From: Narcine bancroftii
Lineage: Eukaryota
Direction: 5' to 3'
Length of the DNA stretch: 64,000 bases
Assembly (NCBI RefSeq): GCF_036971445.1
Contig: NC_091477.1
Coordinates: 10,850,001 to 10,914,000 of the forward strand
Of the stretch, positions 1-12,033 are shown piece by piece. Made by a program: the position numbers and the translations under genes. The notes under the pieces are model-generated. The model worked only from the letters and a program-made list of their open reading frames with translations. It was not told the DNA's origin and did not search any database. Numbering within the stretch: position 1 is the first letter of the stretch; the number at the start of each line of letters is the position of its first letter.

Positions 1-161
1 AGGACAAGCAGTGGTTGTGACTGAGAGGATCAATGAGTGAATTGAGCAAGTTCAATTATGAGGGATACATATGCGACGTCCCATTCTCCGATCTGAATTT
101 CTAAATAGACATATATGTGGTCAGACTTTGCCCGAACAGACGATATGGCGGCACATGACTG
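1..161. mobile_element. Terminal fragment of a Tigger3/pogo-like DNA transposon
   Basis: The reverse complement of the end reads cagtcatgtgccgccatatcgtctgttcgggcaaagtc, a Tigger3-type TIR, and resembles the element end at about 14165-14265. Confidence 0.6.
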
Positions 162-666
162 TTTTCCATGCTGTATGGTGTTCTAACTCAAATGTGTTCA
201 AAATTATTCTGCTATGATTTTTTTTTAAACTGCACAGCACTTTTTTGCAGGGTGGAGAAGGGGCAAGTTTTCATTAACAACACAAAGCAATTTTGCTCAC
301 ATATTCTGTTGTTACCTTTGTTGGTATTGTCAATTTTTGCTTTTTTTTTATATAATTCATATTAAAAAGGTAAACAGGAAAATTTTCCAAAATAAGAAAA
401 TTAATGAGTATTAATTGTTGGGGTCAATATCTTAGTGAAACTTGTCAACAATGGTTTGAATTCAGAGTGCAGGAAAATCTTGACAAAAACCAAACATGCA
501 TTAAAAGAAAACATCCAACTAAATCAATGTTATTCAATGCCAATATGAATAATCATTCAACAAATACATTATGAACCATAGCACATCATCCCATGATTAA
601 AACTATACAAAGAACAAATGCAGCCACAGAAATCTGGTCAAAAACTAGTCAAGCTCATTCACTTAC

Positions 667-863
667 CCCTGCTTGTGCTGTTACTGCGGCCTAGAACTCT
701 ATTCCGATCTCGACTGCGACTTCGACTTTTGGCCTTTGATGGACTGTGACTATAACTTCGGCCCCGACGACGATCGTATCGATCTCGATAAAGATCTCTA
801 GAATGGGGATATCTTTCAAAGTCTCTGCGCCGTCGTTCTTCACGTTTTTTCTCATCACGATTT
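667..863 (-). CDS. RBM26: RBM26 coding exon 5, RD/RS-rich region (NRDEKKREERRRRDFERYPHSRDLYRDRYDRRRGRSYSHSPSKAKSRSRSRDR...)
   Basis: 197-nt open exon with taatag| and G|gtaagt boundaries, and an RS/RD repeat like RBM26 RDSYRDRYNRRRGRS. The gene continues beyond the left edge of the window. Confidence 0.9.
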
Positions 864-1240
864 CTATTAAATTTTTAGAAATTTAAACTTCAAAAACCTG
901 CAAATTTATGGCCCTGTGGATTAAACTCCCACACAAACTTTTATGGCAGAGAAAACAATCAAACTCATCTATTTCTGCTATCTTGTTGGACAAGATTAGG
1001 AGTAGCAGAGGCTATATCCATTCAAATAAAAGAGCATGCAAGGCTGGACAGGATAGGCTCAATGTTTTAGTAAACTAGCTCAGTGGAACAGCAGCAGGCA
1101 GAAACAATGGGCTTGCTTGTCTTGGAGATGGAACCGGCAGTACAGGTTGCAAAACTATCAGCCTGGAGACATTTGAGGGGAAATCTCATGATCATATGTT
1201 ACATTACATCCAAGCTTCCCAAGAAAGCTGTTTATTACTA

Positions 1241-1683
1241 TAGGTACTCCCCGACTTATGACAGTAATTGGGATTGAAGGATCGATCGCATGCCGAAATG
1301 GACGCAAATTGGAATTTTACCCACGCGTATGGAGTGCTGAAGTCTTACAGCAAACTTTCTATTCAAATTTGTTTTCATCGTAGATTTGACAATAACAACT
1401 TAAAGCTTCCTGAATTTGTCAATCAATCTTGGTGAATCTTTCAACATTCCGGTCCTTTTAGTTGGCGTTCCGGGGTCCACAGGCTGGGCACAGCCATCTT
1501 GATTCCTGTGTGCTTGCACGAGTCTTCAGTTGGTACATGCGTGGTGGGTTTGCGCACTGGAATTCAGTTGGTGTATGCGCAAGAGTTCATTTAAGCGCCC
1601 TAACGATATTGAATTTGTGCCCTTAACTCTTGCGCATGCGCCAACTGAACACCAATATGCGAATGCAAGTCGGGGAGTACCCG
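1241..1683. mobile_element. Tigger/pogo-type MITE
   Basis: TIRs ggtactccccgactt / aagtcggggagtacc, flanking TA dinucleotides, and an internal inverted repeat (~1563-1588 vs ~1626-1650). Confidence 0.8.
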
Positions 1684-2103
1684 TACTTCCTGCTTTATGG
1701 CCATTAACAATGCTGTATTCAGCCAAACACTAAGGGTCTTTTACAAAGCTCTTCATCTTCTCAATGTCTTCATTTTCTTTAAAACTACAGTATAATTTTA
1801 AAAAAGCACATGGAAACTGAAAATATGTAATGACTATATCATAACAAAAGAAACATTGACACACCTCAAACTTTGCCATAGTTTTTAGAAAACAATGCAA
1901 AAGGGCATCTTTCCTGAGAGTGATTTCTCCAAAATGATGAAATTGTACAGATTTCATTTTACTTGATTTCACATTCCTTACCAAAATTCACATTTAGCAC
2001 CAAATCTTTGACTAATGTCAAATGAAACAATGATATGCAAACAGAGAACAAGCTCAAGTTTAAACACAAATTTTTAGTTAATAATGAGAGTAATATTTCT
2101 TAC

Positions 2104-2198
2104 CTTGTATCAATAGGTCCTAAAAGGGGTTTAAAAGGACTGTGATTTTTCTTTAATAAAGGTTTTCTAACATCTTGGTCCTCATCATACAGGGGAAC
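2104..2198 (-). CDS. RBM26: RBM26 coding exon 4 (VPLYDEDQDVRKPLLKKNHSPFKPLLGPIDTR)
   Basis: 95-nt exon with attttag| and AG|gtaag boundaries. Phases 0 and 2 bridge exons 3 and 5, and it keeps the NHSP motif of RBM26. Confidence 0.8.
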
Positions 2199-2944
2199 CT
2201 AAAATAGCAAGCAGCAATCAAAAAAAGTAAACCAAAATGCTCATTCGTTGCAACAGAACAAAAAATTGTAAGCAAAATAACTCAATGCAGCTCCTTTATT
2301 CACCATAAAATTAAACTGAAAAAGTGGTACGACTCAATCTCAATAATCCCTCTGAGCACTACTTCAAAACTTGACCTGCATCTCCATTTAAAAATAGGTA
2401 CTTTGCCAAAGAGTTTTATTTTACCAATGTGAACTAGTTTTTTGCAAATTGTGAAAAACTGCAGGTATAATTTCACATAACAGCACAACAATATTCTCCA
2501 ATGAAGTTTTTAAAGTAGTTTGATTCTGCTCTAAATACATAGCTTGGCGTTCCTAATTTGTGTACTCTTGCGTTGGCCGATCTGTTGTCTCCCTTCCATC
2601 CACAAAGTAGAACTTTGCATCCTTAAGCTTACACCATTCAGTTACAATGCTTGTTGACACTTACAACGCTACCAACTGGTGGTCCAGCACATATTGAATC
2701 TATAGTATTGATCTATACTAAATTAATTAATGCAAACTAAGGTGTAACTAATATTTGTACAAATCTGTAGCTAGTCAGAATTTTATTGTCATGAACAAGT
2801 TATGAAATTTGGTGTTTTTGAGGCTCATAATATACATGCAAGCAAGTATATTATGACATTAGCCTACAAGTGCAAATTTTGAGAATTCAGATGACAGCAA
2901 TGTACTGAAACCAAGTTCGATGACCCACTGAGTATTTATACTTT

Positions 2945-3330
2945 AAAAGAAAAAATAACATATAATTTAAGAAATAACATCACAGTATTCGAACAGACCG
3001 TACATGGAACACAACAGAGAAGTCCTACCGCGGACCTCCACCGCCTAAAATGACAGAAGGAAAAGAAGATGAAATGAACTGACCCAGTGTGTAAAAGTGG
3101 ATGACACAAATTTCTTGTTTATCTTCATTGTGTGATGACATTGTTTCATGGGTTTAATGTATCATATATGTTGAACATTGAGTGGGTGGGGAGGGGGTTG
3201 AAGATGGGAGGGAAGGGAGGGGGGGGGGAAAGGGGAGAAAATGGCACTGCGTATATTCAAGAGGGAAATGTTTGTGTGTATTTTGGCCAGTATGGTTCAT
3301 AGCGTGAAAAATTTAAAAAAATTTTAAAAA
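2945..3330 (+). mobile_element. L1/Tx1 3' fragment
   Basis: Encodes KEKITYNLRNNITVFEQ, like the end of the intact ORF2 at 56.8 kb, followed by a G-rich 3'UTR and an A-rich tail. Confidence 0.75.
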
Positions 3331-3673
3331 TAACAATTCCCAAACTTCAAGACATTTGAGGGCAATTTCTCGGGTCCAGTCACAATCCAGTTCCAAATGT
3401 CTTATACCAGTTTCAACCTGTATCATTTATCTCTGGGATAAACCCATATTATAGAGAAACATTCTCTTAATTGTACCAAAGATGAAATAACTGAATATAA
3501 AGAAAAAGTGGATGCATATTGAATTTCTCTCTGCATCAACTTGGCTTTAAGACATGGGCAGCAATGGCAAGATTGCTTTTAAACTGCAGCTCTCTCTCCT
3601 GAAGGAGATTAATAGCTCAGAGAGGTACACTATTACAAAAAAATTACAAATGAAAAATAGATTTATCACTCAC

Positions 3674-3810
3674 TTCTTTTTTGTCCTCCCTCTCTTGCCA
3701 TGTAGGCTGCATGTCCTGCTTCAACGTCTCCTGGACAAGCTGTTCTGGCCGTGACAGATAGTTCTTTGTGCTTAAAGCATCAAAAAGTTTGTCGACAAAA
3801 CCAACAGTTT
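3674..3810 (-). CDS. RBM26: RBM26 coding exon 3 (ETVGFVDKLFDALSTKNYLSRPEQ...DKKE)
   Basis: 137-nt exon with tgatag| and |gtgagt boundaries. It completes the PWI domain and keeps the reading frame. Confidence 0.92.
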
Positions 3811-4195
3811 CTATCAAACAATCATAAAGATGAAATTGTAACATGGAGAAACCAATTCATTAAATAATTTCATAAAAACAATTTAATAGCTGCATGCAAT
3901 CAGTGCAGATATATATTACACTTTAAAGACCTTACATCCTTATACTTAAAAAGATTGGTAATGACTCCTTTAAAAAAAAGGCTAATTATTTGTTAACTCT
4001 TGTACCAGAAGAAATCAAACCAATAGGAAAAAGTGCAAAAATGGTTGGTTTTCTGCAAAAATTTCCCTGCATGTTATCTAGTTGATAGAGAATAAATAAA
4101 TGACTTATTTTCACATTAAGAATACCTAGTGCACAAATATAAATTTATTTAAATATATTTTGAACAATTCTGGAGAAACTCAGTGTCCTTTATAT

Positions 4196-4448
4196 TTCTT
4201 TGGCTTGGCTTCGCGGACGAAGATTTATGGAGGGGGTAAAAGTCCACGTCAGCTGCAGGCTCGTTTGTGGCTGACAAGTCCGATGCGGGACAGGCAGACA
4301 CGGTTGCAGCGGCTGCAGGGGAAAATTGGTTGGTTGGGGTTGGGTTTTTCCTCCTTTGCCTTTTGTCAGTGAGGTGGGCTCTACGGTCTTCTTCAAAGGA
4401 GGTTGCTGCCCGCCAAACTGTGAGGCGCCAAGATGCACGGTTTGAGGC
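4196..4448 (-). mobile_element. RTE LINE 3' fragment inserted in a Penelope tail remnant
   Basis: Encodes RASWRLTVWRAATSFEEDRRAHL. 11-bp TSD gtcctttatat at 4185-4195 and 4449-4459. Confidence 0.9.
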
Positions 4449-5109
4449 GTCCTTTATATAGCAAAGGACAAAATACATAACCGACATTTCGGGCTTATGC
4501 CCTTCATCCTGGAGTTCATCCTGGAGTTCCTCCAGCTTTGTATTTTTACTTCAACCATGGCGTCCGCAGATTTTCGTATTTTACTTTTGAATTGTCATTT
4601 GAATTGACTATTTACATACATCGGCCACATTTTGTTTTGCAGACAGAAGGGAGATGGAAAAGAAAGTTTAAAAAAGTGGAAGGTGCATCCATTAATTGAA
4701 TCAAATGCTGGAAAATGGACAAAAAAAAAATTTCAGTAATTATCCAGTTAACTTTATGAATATATCATAATCAAAAATAATTCCTCATCTGAAGTATGAG
4801 AACAGTTTACTTGATATCAGTTAAGAGTCACAATTTGAATCCAAGAGTAGAATAACTTTGACCAATTTTTGTAAATAATGTACTTTTAGGTCTTTGCAAC
4901 ACATGAACAAGAACATCAGGCAAGACAAGTTGGGTCTCAAACATCTTAAAAATATTTTACTAGATTTCACATGTTTAACACTCAAAAGTATTACAATGCT
5001 GGAAATGCTGTGAAATTGCAGATGAAAGCTGAATCACCTTCCCCATCCATGGGGATTATTAACTGGTCAAATTTCCAGATTTCTTGAGGACATGCATTTG
5101 TGTCACTTA

Positions 5110-6062
5110 AGCACCCTTTCTCACTTGCATCCCATTAAATTGGCTGTTCAGTGTCCTGGGATAGGACACACTTGGCCACTCCTAACTGGGACAGTGAACG
5201 CTTTCACACTTGCAAGGAGACATCCTTGGGGTTAGGACTGTCCTACCTTCTTCTGGTTATGTCATGATGCATCGAGTGATGGTGGACCTGCCCTAAATTA
5301 TGATCATATATTTGAACAAAATTAATCAAGCATAATTATAACGTAATTAAGCTTTATGTACAGCACAGTATAAGCCCATCAGTTCGTGTTGTTGTTGTTG
5401 TGTTGACCAATATAAATCTTTATAACGAGCCATAGGAAAGTCCAAGCAATAAATAGTAATAGCAGACAATTTTTAAACAGGGTTGGAAAGTTTGTAGTGC
5501 TATAGCGCACGATTGATACAGCTTGCAAAGTTAGTAGCACTATCCCATACAATTTAAACAGCGTGGGGAATCACATACAATTTAAAAATATCATGGGAAA
5601 AAGTGATGGCGGACCTGCCCTACCAGAATTCCATGCGGCAGAGAGGGACTGTATGCCTGACTGCATACATGGAACATTCATAGAGAGGGTTCTCTGACGC
5701 ACGGTATTCTGGGAAGTCAGTTTGCCGTTGCTTTCCCCCCTCAGTCTTTATAAACTGTGTGCTATAGCACTACCAATTTTCCCATGCTGTTTAAAAATTG
5801 TCTGGTTTTGCTATTTATTACTGTTTATTATATTTATTTCCTCTCTCTCTCCTTCACTGTGACATTCGCATGGGAAAGTTTCTTCCTGCACTCAAGCAAA
5901 AACTTGACGCCAGGGATTGTACTAAGGATTGAGGCCATCAATTCCCAGTGTGAGAGGACATCATCTGGCACCGGCATGGAGTTCATTTTGCTTTCGCACT
6001 TGCTACTTTAACGGCCGATTAGCGTTTTATTCCTGGGATCACTTGCAAGAGTGAAAGGGGCT
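5110..6062. mobile_element. PIF/Harbinger-like non-autonomous DNA transposon
   Basis: TIRs agcaccctttctcacttgca / tgcaagagtgaaaggggct, with a 3-bp TTA TSD at 5107-5109 and 6063-6065. Confidence 0.7.
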
Positions 6063-7649
6063 TTAGTCTTTTCTTACAAAGAAAAATGGAGTCCCTTGCA
6101 TGTAAAACTTTCCACCATATCCCATATTGGTAAAAAAGTTTTTTTTAAATCTTTTCTTCCAACTATAAAACGATACCAGTAATTTTTCTGAACTCTTACT
6201 TTTCTCATGCACCTGCACAAAAATAATAGCTCAATTTCTCAGCATCAACATATTTTAGAGCTAATAGATTTGGTTCATTAGTAAAATACTAACAACCCAG
6301 CATAGAATCTTCAAATGTAGAAAATCAGCTCAATACCACACTTCTTACGCTGCACCTTTTAACAAAAGTTATGTGACAAATTATATTAAGTAGATATCTG
6401 ACTGGTAGAAACTGCGACCAGGCTGAATTTATACATTTCAGGCAATTTCCAAAATTTTTCAGGAATCTGTGATTAATCTGTGTACAAATTTTGGAAAAAA
6501 TATACCACGGTAATTCTCTGGACAGCTACTGGAAATAGTATGTCACTTTCCCTACTATCAGGAAAATCTGTGTCATTCATGACCAAGGAAACTAAAAATA
6601 TGCCCTATTTCATATCATTTTAAATTAAAATATCCTCACAAATATTGCATCAATATGAAGTGACGAATTTTAATTGTTAAAGTAAGGCACCATGAACCAA
6701 CTTAGAGAAAAAAAACAAAACAGAAGGTACAATTGTGTCAACCACACAACAAACTGGACTTGGATGACAAAAGAATATAAAATATCCAGCCCTCAAATAT
6801 TTAGAGATCTGCTTTACACATTTGCACATATACCTCAGAGCATAGACTCCAAAGACAAACATTTTTACATTCTCCGTTTTGCAACACCTTGAACAGCAAA
6901 TAGGACTTACTTGTGAGTCTTTGCATCTTAGCAGTAAAAAATAGATTGCTGAATTAAATTTTAAGAAATTAAACATTTGAATGCATTTTCAGTGGGTCCA
7001 TGAAAAGTCTATGCAGTGGTCAAAACAATCAGAGGGCCAGAATTTTTTGCTAGCATTTACCACTGAGCAACAAAAAGTTTAAAAAGATTCAAAAAAGAAA
7101 AAATTACCGATAATCAACAATTGCACAATAAAGGCTACTGAAGCTCAGATCATGCCCAGAGTAGCAAGTTCCCGGAATTCATCAGACACATACCTCACAT
7201 CACACTGTTTCTTCCAGTTTGTTTTGACACATAACCCATCTCTGCAAGGTTGGTTCTCAGCTTACTGCATGTTCAACCTCAATCACAGTAGGAACTACTC
7301 TAACATCAAAAGCTACATTTAAATTGAACGTGAATGGTGTGAAAACAACAGGATGCAACAATGTTGAAAAACTCATGTAAATAGATTTAAAAAGTGAATT
7401 TTAGATCAATGAATTAATTCAAATAAAAAGATAGGGTTACCTTTCCTGAAGCTGCCTTTATTTCCCTTCCTTACAATAAGCTTCTGCACTTCCAGCAGGT
7501 TCAGTCAGTAATTTTTTTTTTTAAACCTGACTACTGGGAAATAGGACTCATTTTGTGCAGCTCTTCTCAACTCCCTGAGGAATTTACCACTGCATGTGCC
7601 AGAAGGACTTCTGCAAGTCACCAACAAGTTCACCAGCTTCCTGGAGCCT

Positions 7650-8705
7650 GCAGATGCTGGAATCTGAGGCCAAACACAACTTGCTGGAGGAAATCAGCAG
7701 GTCCACGAGGCCAAAACAATTTATCAAGACTTTATCCAACCTTGATAATGGGCTTTGGCTCAAAACATTAACCATTCTTTCAGATCCTAGTGATACTGCT
7801 TGACGTGCTGAGCTCCTCAGCGGATTACATGTGGCTTCAGATGGCACTCAGTTAAGTCTCAAAAGCCAGAGATCAAGCTTTTAAACCTATGATCTGTGAA
7901 TAAAGGTAATCTTTCTCTTGGATTGGTACACAAAAGTTCTGGAGAGACTCAGAACACGTAGTATCATAGGAAGAAAAGGGTAACCAATGTTTTAGGCCTT
8001 AGTCCTTGAGAAAGGACTGATATGAGCAAAAGGTAGGCAGATTGGGGTGGGGGGGGGGGAGGGTGTGGGGAAGAGAAGAGGAGGGTATATTATCTTCAGA
8101 CACACCTTCCCCTCTCCACAGGGGCCACATCCTCCAGACCTCCCTCATCCACCCATCCCTTCCTACCATTGCCCCCTCGGTACCTACCCCGTAACTGCAA
8201 GAAATGCTACACTGCACCCATATCTCCTCCTCATCACCAAATGGATCCCAAACAGTCCTTCCAAGTGAAGGAACACTCAACTCTGCAGGGGTCATCGACT
8301 ACATCCAATGCGCCAGTTATGCCCTCCTCCACATCAGAGATTGGACGCAGATTGGGAGATCGTCCACTCCTTGGCTCTGTCTTCTGCAGTTACAGAAACC
8401 TTGCAGTGGCCAACCATTTAAATTCCACACACCATTCCCATACCTTCCAGTGGCCAATTTAATTCCACACCCCATTCTTACACCAACACGTCTATCCATG
8501 GCCTCATGTACTGCCAAAATGAGGCTCCGTACAAAATTGAGGGAACATCTCATTCTGTCTGGGCACTCTCCAATTAGACAGCATTAAAATGGGCTTCTCC
8601 TGTTTTTGTTTAACCCCTCCCCCGTCTCTCTACTCTGAGTCTCTCTTTCAATTTTCCAGCACCCCATCCATTTCCCTCTCTATTCAGAGAGCTAGCCTCT
8701 TCCCC
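7650..8705. mobile_element. Penelope-like element fragments (inverted pLTR pair and GIY-YIG endonuclease relic)
   Basis: Plus-strand translation pieces LGTYP..CKKCYT..PKQSFQVKEH..GVIDYIQCAS..IGRRLGDR, plus gctggaggaaatcagcag and tgctgagctcctcagc tails. Confidence 0.7.
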
Positions 8706-8982
8706 AGCACGTCATCTGTAAATTTAATGAGAAACGTTTGTACATATTTTGGTTGATATGGTTCATAGTGTGAAAAATAAAAAAAAATTATATTAAAAAA
8801 ATTCACTAATGAGCCTCCAAATCCCGACGCAGACAAGAGGAAAACATACAAACTCATTACAGCACTGGTTTGAACCCAGGTCGCTGGTGTTCGAATAAAT
8901 TGTGCAGACCAGTTGGATCAAAAACAAATGTAAACTGGAATCAGTTCCTTTAAAAGTCAACAAGAAAACACAAAAATCTTAC

Positions 8983-9101
8983 CTTTTTGCAGAAATACGT
9001 CCAGTTGATCAACACACAATGCCTTCAATTCGTTTTCTGGCTTGTCTTTCTTAACTAGAGCCACAACATATTTTGCCAAAGCTGAAGGATCAGCGTCGCA
9101 A
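8983..9101 (-). CDS. RBM26: RBM26 coding exon 2, PWI domain (I)CDADPSALAKYVVALVKKDKPENELKALCVDQLDVFLQK
   Basis: 119-nt exon with tttacag| and |gtaag boundaries, in phase with exon 1. Near-identical to the RBM26/RBM27 PWI sequence. Confidence 0.93.
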
Positions 9102-9389
9102 CTGTAAAATAAGAGGTTTTTTTTTTAAATCACTTAACTGATGAAGGCAATTTGAATGTTTTGCTTCCCCAAATCAAAATTCATGTCTTCATTTTAATAA
9201 TAGAACAATGAACCTCAAAATTAAAAATACACTTCACTATAATATAATCTTTCCAACCACAACTGCAGAAATAGCCATCATTGTTATAGTAAAGAAAAGG
9301 CCATTCGCCCCACATGGTCTCCTCTGTTCAATATGTTCACTGATCTACCTCAGTAATGCTTTCCTCCAATTGCCCTATGTTCATTAACA

Positions 9390-10055
9390 TTAGATTTCAC
9401 ATTTATTGTCAGAGTTCATACATATCACATACAACCATGAGATTCTTTTTCCTGCAGGTGAGGCAGAATTACCACTATTAATAGTACACAGCTTATACAT
9501 ATTAACAAAAACTGTAAACAGATAAAGTATGTGAACAAATTGTGCAATACAGAGAGAATTAAGAAAAATATCAATAAAGTGCACAAGTAAGAGTCTTTTA
9601 GTGATTCCCTAATTGAGTTTGTTGTTGTGGAGTCTGATGGTGAAGGGGTAGCAGCTGTTCCTGAACCTGGAGCTGTGAGTCTTGTGGCACCTAGACCTCT
9701 CTCCTGATGGCACAGTGAGAAATGAGTGTGTGCTGATTATCAAGCAATTATCAATAATTGCTGATTTACAGCATTCCCTGGTGGGGAGGGTTTTGCCTAT
9801 GATGTCCAGGGCTGTATCCACTACCTTTAGGAGGCCTTTACCCTCAGGGGTATTGGTGCCCCCATACCAGACCGTAATGGAACCAAGTCAGCACATTTTC
9901 CACCATACAGCTATGGAAATTTGCCAGGGTTTCTGGTGTCATTCCAAACCTCTGCAAACTCCTGAGGAAATAGAGGTGCTGACTTGCTTTCTTCATGATG
10001 CCATTAGTGTGTTGGGTCCAGGAAAGATCCTCTAAGATAGCGACTTCCAACAACA
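9390..10055 (-). mobile_element. Rex1/Babar-type LINE 3' fragment
   Basis: Encodes DLSWTQHTNGIMKKASQHLYFLRSLQRFGM and SSRFRNSCYPFTIRL. Confidence 0.8.
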
Positions 10056-10086
10056 TCCAAGAATCTTCAAGTCCACATCTTAAATA

Positions 10087-10480
10087 CAGTACAACTCCGA
10101 TTATCTGAAATCGGATTCTCCAAAATCCTCAGTTATCCAAAAAATTTTCAGAGCCGAAATGACTGGGGAAATCAGGCTCCTGGCGGCGGCGGCGGCAGCA
10201 GACCTCTAGCTCCCCGGGCATGAGTGGGACCCTCAGGCTCCTAGCACAAATGGGGCCTTGGTGAATAGATGTCGGTGATTGGCGTGGCCAGCATTTTTTT
10301 TGGTGAGAATGAAACATTATTTTAATGCTTAAAAAGCCTTCTCTTGTTGTTGCTTTAAACACTTTTACAAGTGATTTGCTGTTGCTACTAGGTTGTTTTT
10401 ATATAATGACCTGTTCTCCAAAAAAAGTTTATCCAAAATAGGCCCAGTCCTGACCATTTTGGATAACCGAAGTTGTATTG
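10087..10480. mobile_element. Tc1/Tigger-type MITE
   Basis: TIRs cagtacaactccgattatc / gataaccgaagttgtattg, with TA on the left flank. Confidence 0.7.
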
Positions 10481-12033
10481 CACATTCAACCAATCCCAAA
10501 CTTGAATTGTTCTCCTCTTCCCTGAATACTATCTTATTTTAAAATTGACAAGATTATTAACACCTATCCAGCAGAAACAGTACTGCACTCCATATCTCCT
10601 TTATTAAACCCCTTAACAAGTTTGTATGGTTCAATTAGACCACCTGTCAAACGGAGGAAAGTAGACCCAATGGATGACTCTCCTTGCATAACAAATCTGC
10701 CTTCCCAGGATTTCATTTGCTGAGTCACTCCTACTATTTCAATTATATCCTTCAATAGATAAGGAAACAAGATCCATTTTCTGATTTAATTTTACATTTC
10801 CAACAACTGCAGTTTACTGTGTCAACTTTTATTGATGCTTCGCAAAACAATGCACCATTCTAGAGCCTTAATTAGCATTCTTTATAAATGCACAAAAGCC
10901 AAGTCAACGTCCTCTCCACTTTGACATCGAGAGCTGGATTAGATTGATGCGGCCACATTTTTGCAAAGTTTGCATGATATATTTGCTAGACATTATTTTT
11001 TGGGGGGCTGTTTACAAAACAAAAGGGAGCAATTAATTATCTTGCACTCTATTTTTGAACTTGGGTATAACTCATTGATCCAGTGTTCTAGCCATTTAGT
11101 GCGTAGCTATCTTCCACACACAGAAATGTGATAAATGACCATATCATTAGTTTTAGTCACATTGTGGAAAGGATAGCACAAATATTGTGGCTATAGGAGC
11201 TCAGAAGTTATTTTGTCACATGATTCCCAAAGTATTTACCACGCTCCAAAGATTAAAGTCAGGAAGACACTCACCTGAATGAATTCAACTCCAACACCAC
11301 TCAGGAATCCAAACATCCAAAAGAAAGCACCAACAACCAACTACCCAGTTAACTCCTTCACAGTAGCTATGAAAAAAAACTGACAGCACCTCATCAAGGC
11401 TTCTTTGGCATCACCCACCAAAATTATGGCATCAACCACTTCAACAGGTGGAGAGGTAAAAATTAATTTCTAACCCAAGTCTGACACATCGCCCCAACAT
11501 GTGGAGGCTTTGCTATTTTTGGCTCTAGATTTTATAATGCTGGCCAACACTACAAAACCATTCTGCACACAAACTGCTGCAACTCCAAAAGGCACCTGAT
11601 CACTTGTTACTCCTGGAAGAATCACAGCAAGACCATGAAAAAGGCACACTAATGCCTGAGGATGTATTGCATGTCAGCAAATAAACCAGCAAACTATGCA
11701 CTGTTCATTCCCTCAGCAGCCCAAATTATGCACCCACTTTTCAGAATTTAACTGCACAGGTTGTGGAAGGCTGCAGAAGGTAAAATACTGCAAGTCAATC
11801 ACAGGCTCTGATCTCCCACCCACTAAAAACATTAATGCAAAACTCTCTCAAGAAGACAAAATACATCAAAAAGGCAAAATACATCAAAAAGGGCCCCCAA
11901 TCACTCTTATCGTAACCGCTCATCACTGCTCCCTTTGAGCAGAAAGTACAGAATCCTGAAGACCAGCACCTCTAGGTTCAAGATCAATTAATTTCTAAAA
12001 GTTTTCAGGCTCGTGAATCTCCCTTTGTTGCAC

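Noticed and set aside
6905-6950. Strong minus-strand donor CAA|gtaagt as a micro-exon
   Set aside because: No single convincing acceptor and no homology; such motifs are common by chance.
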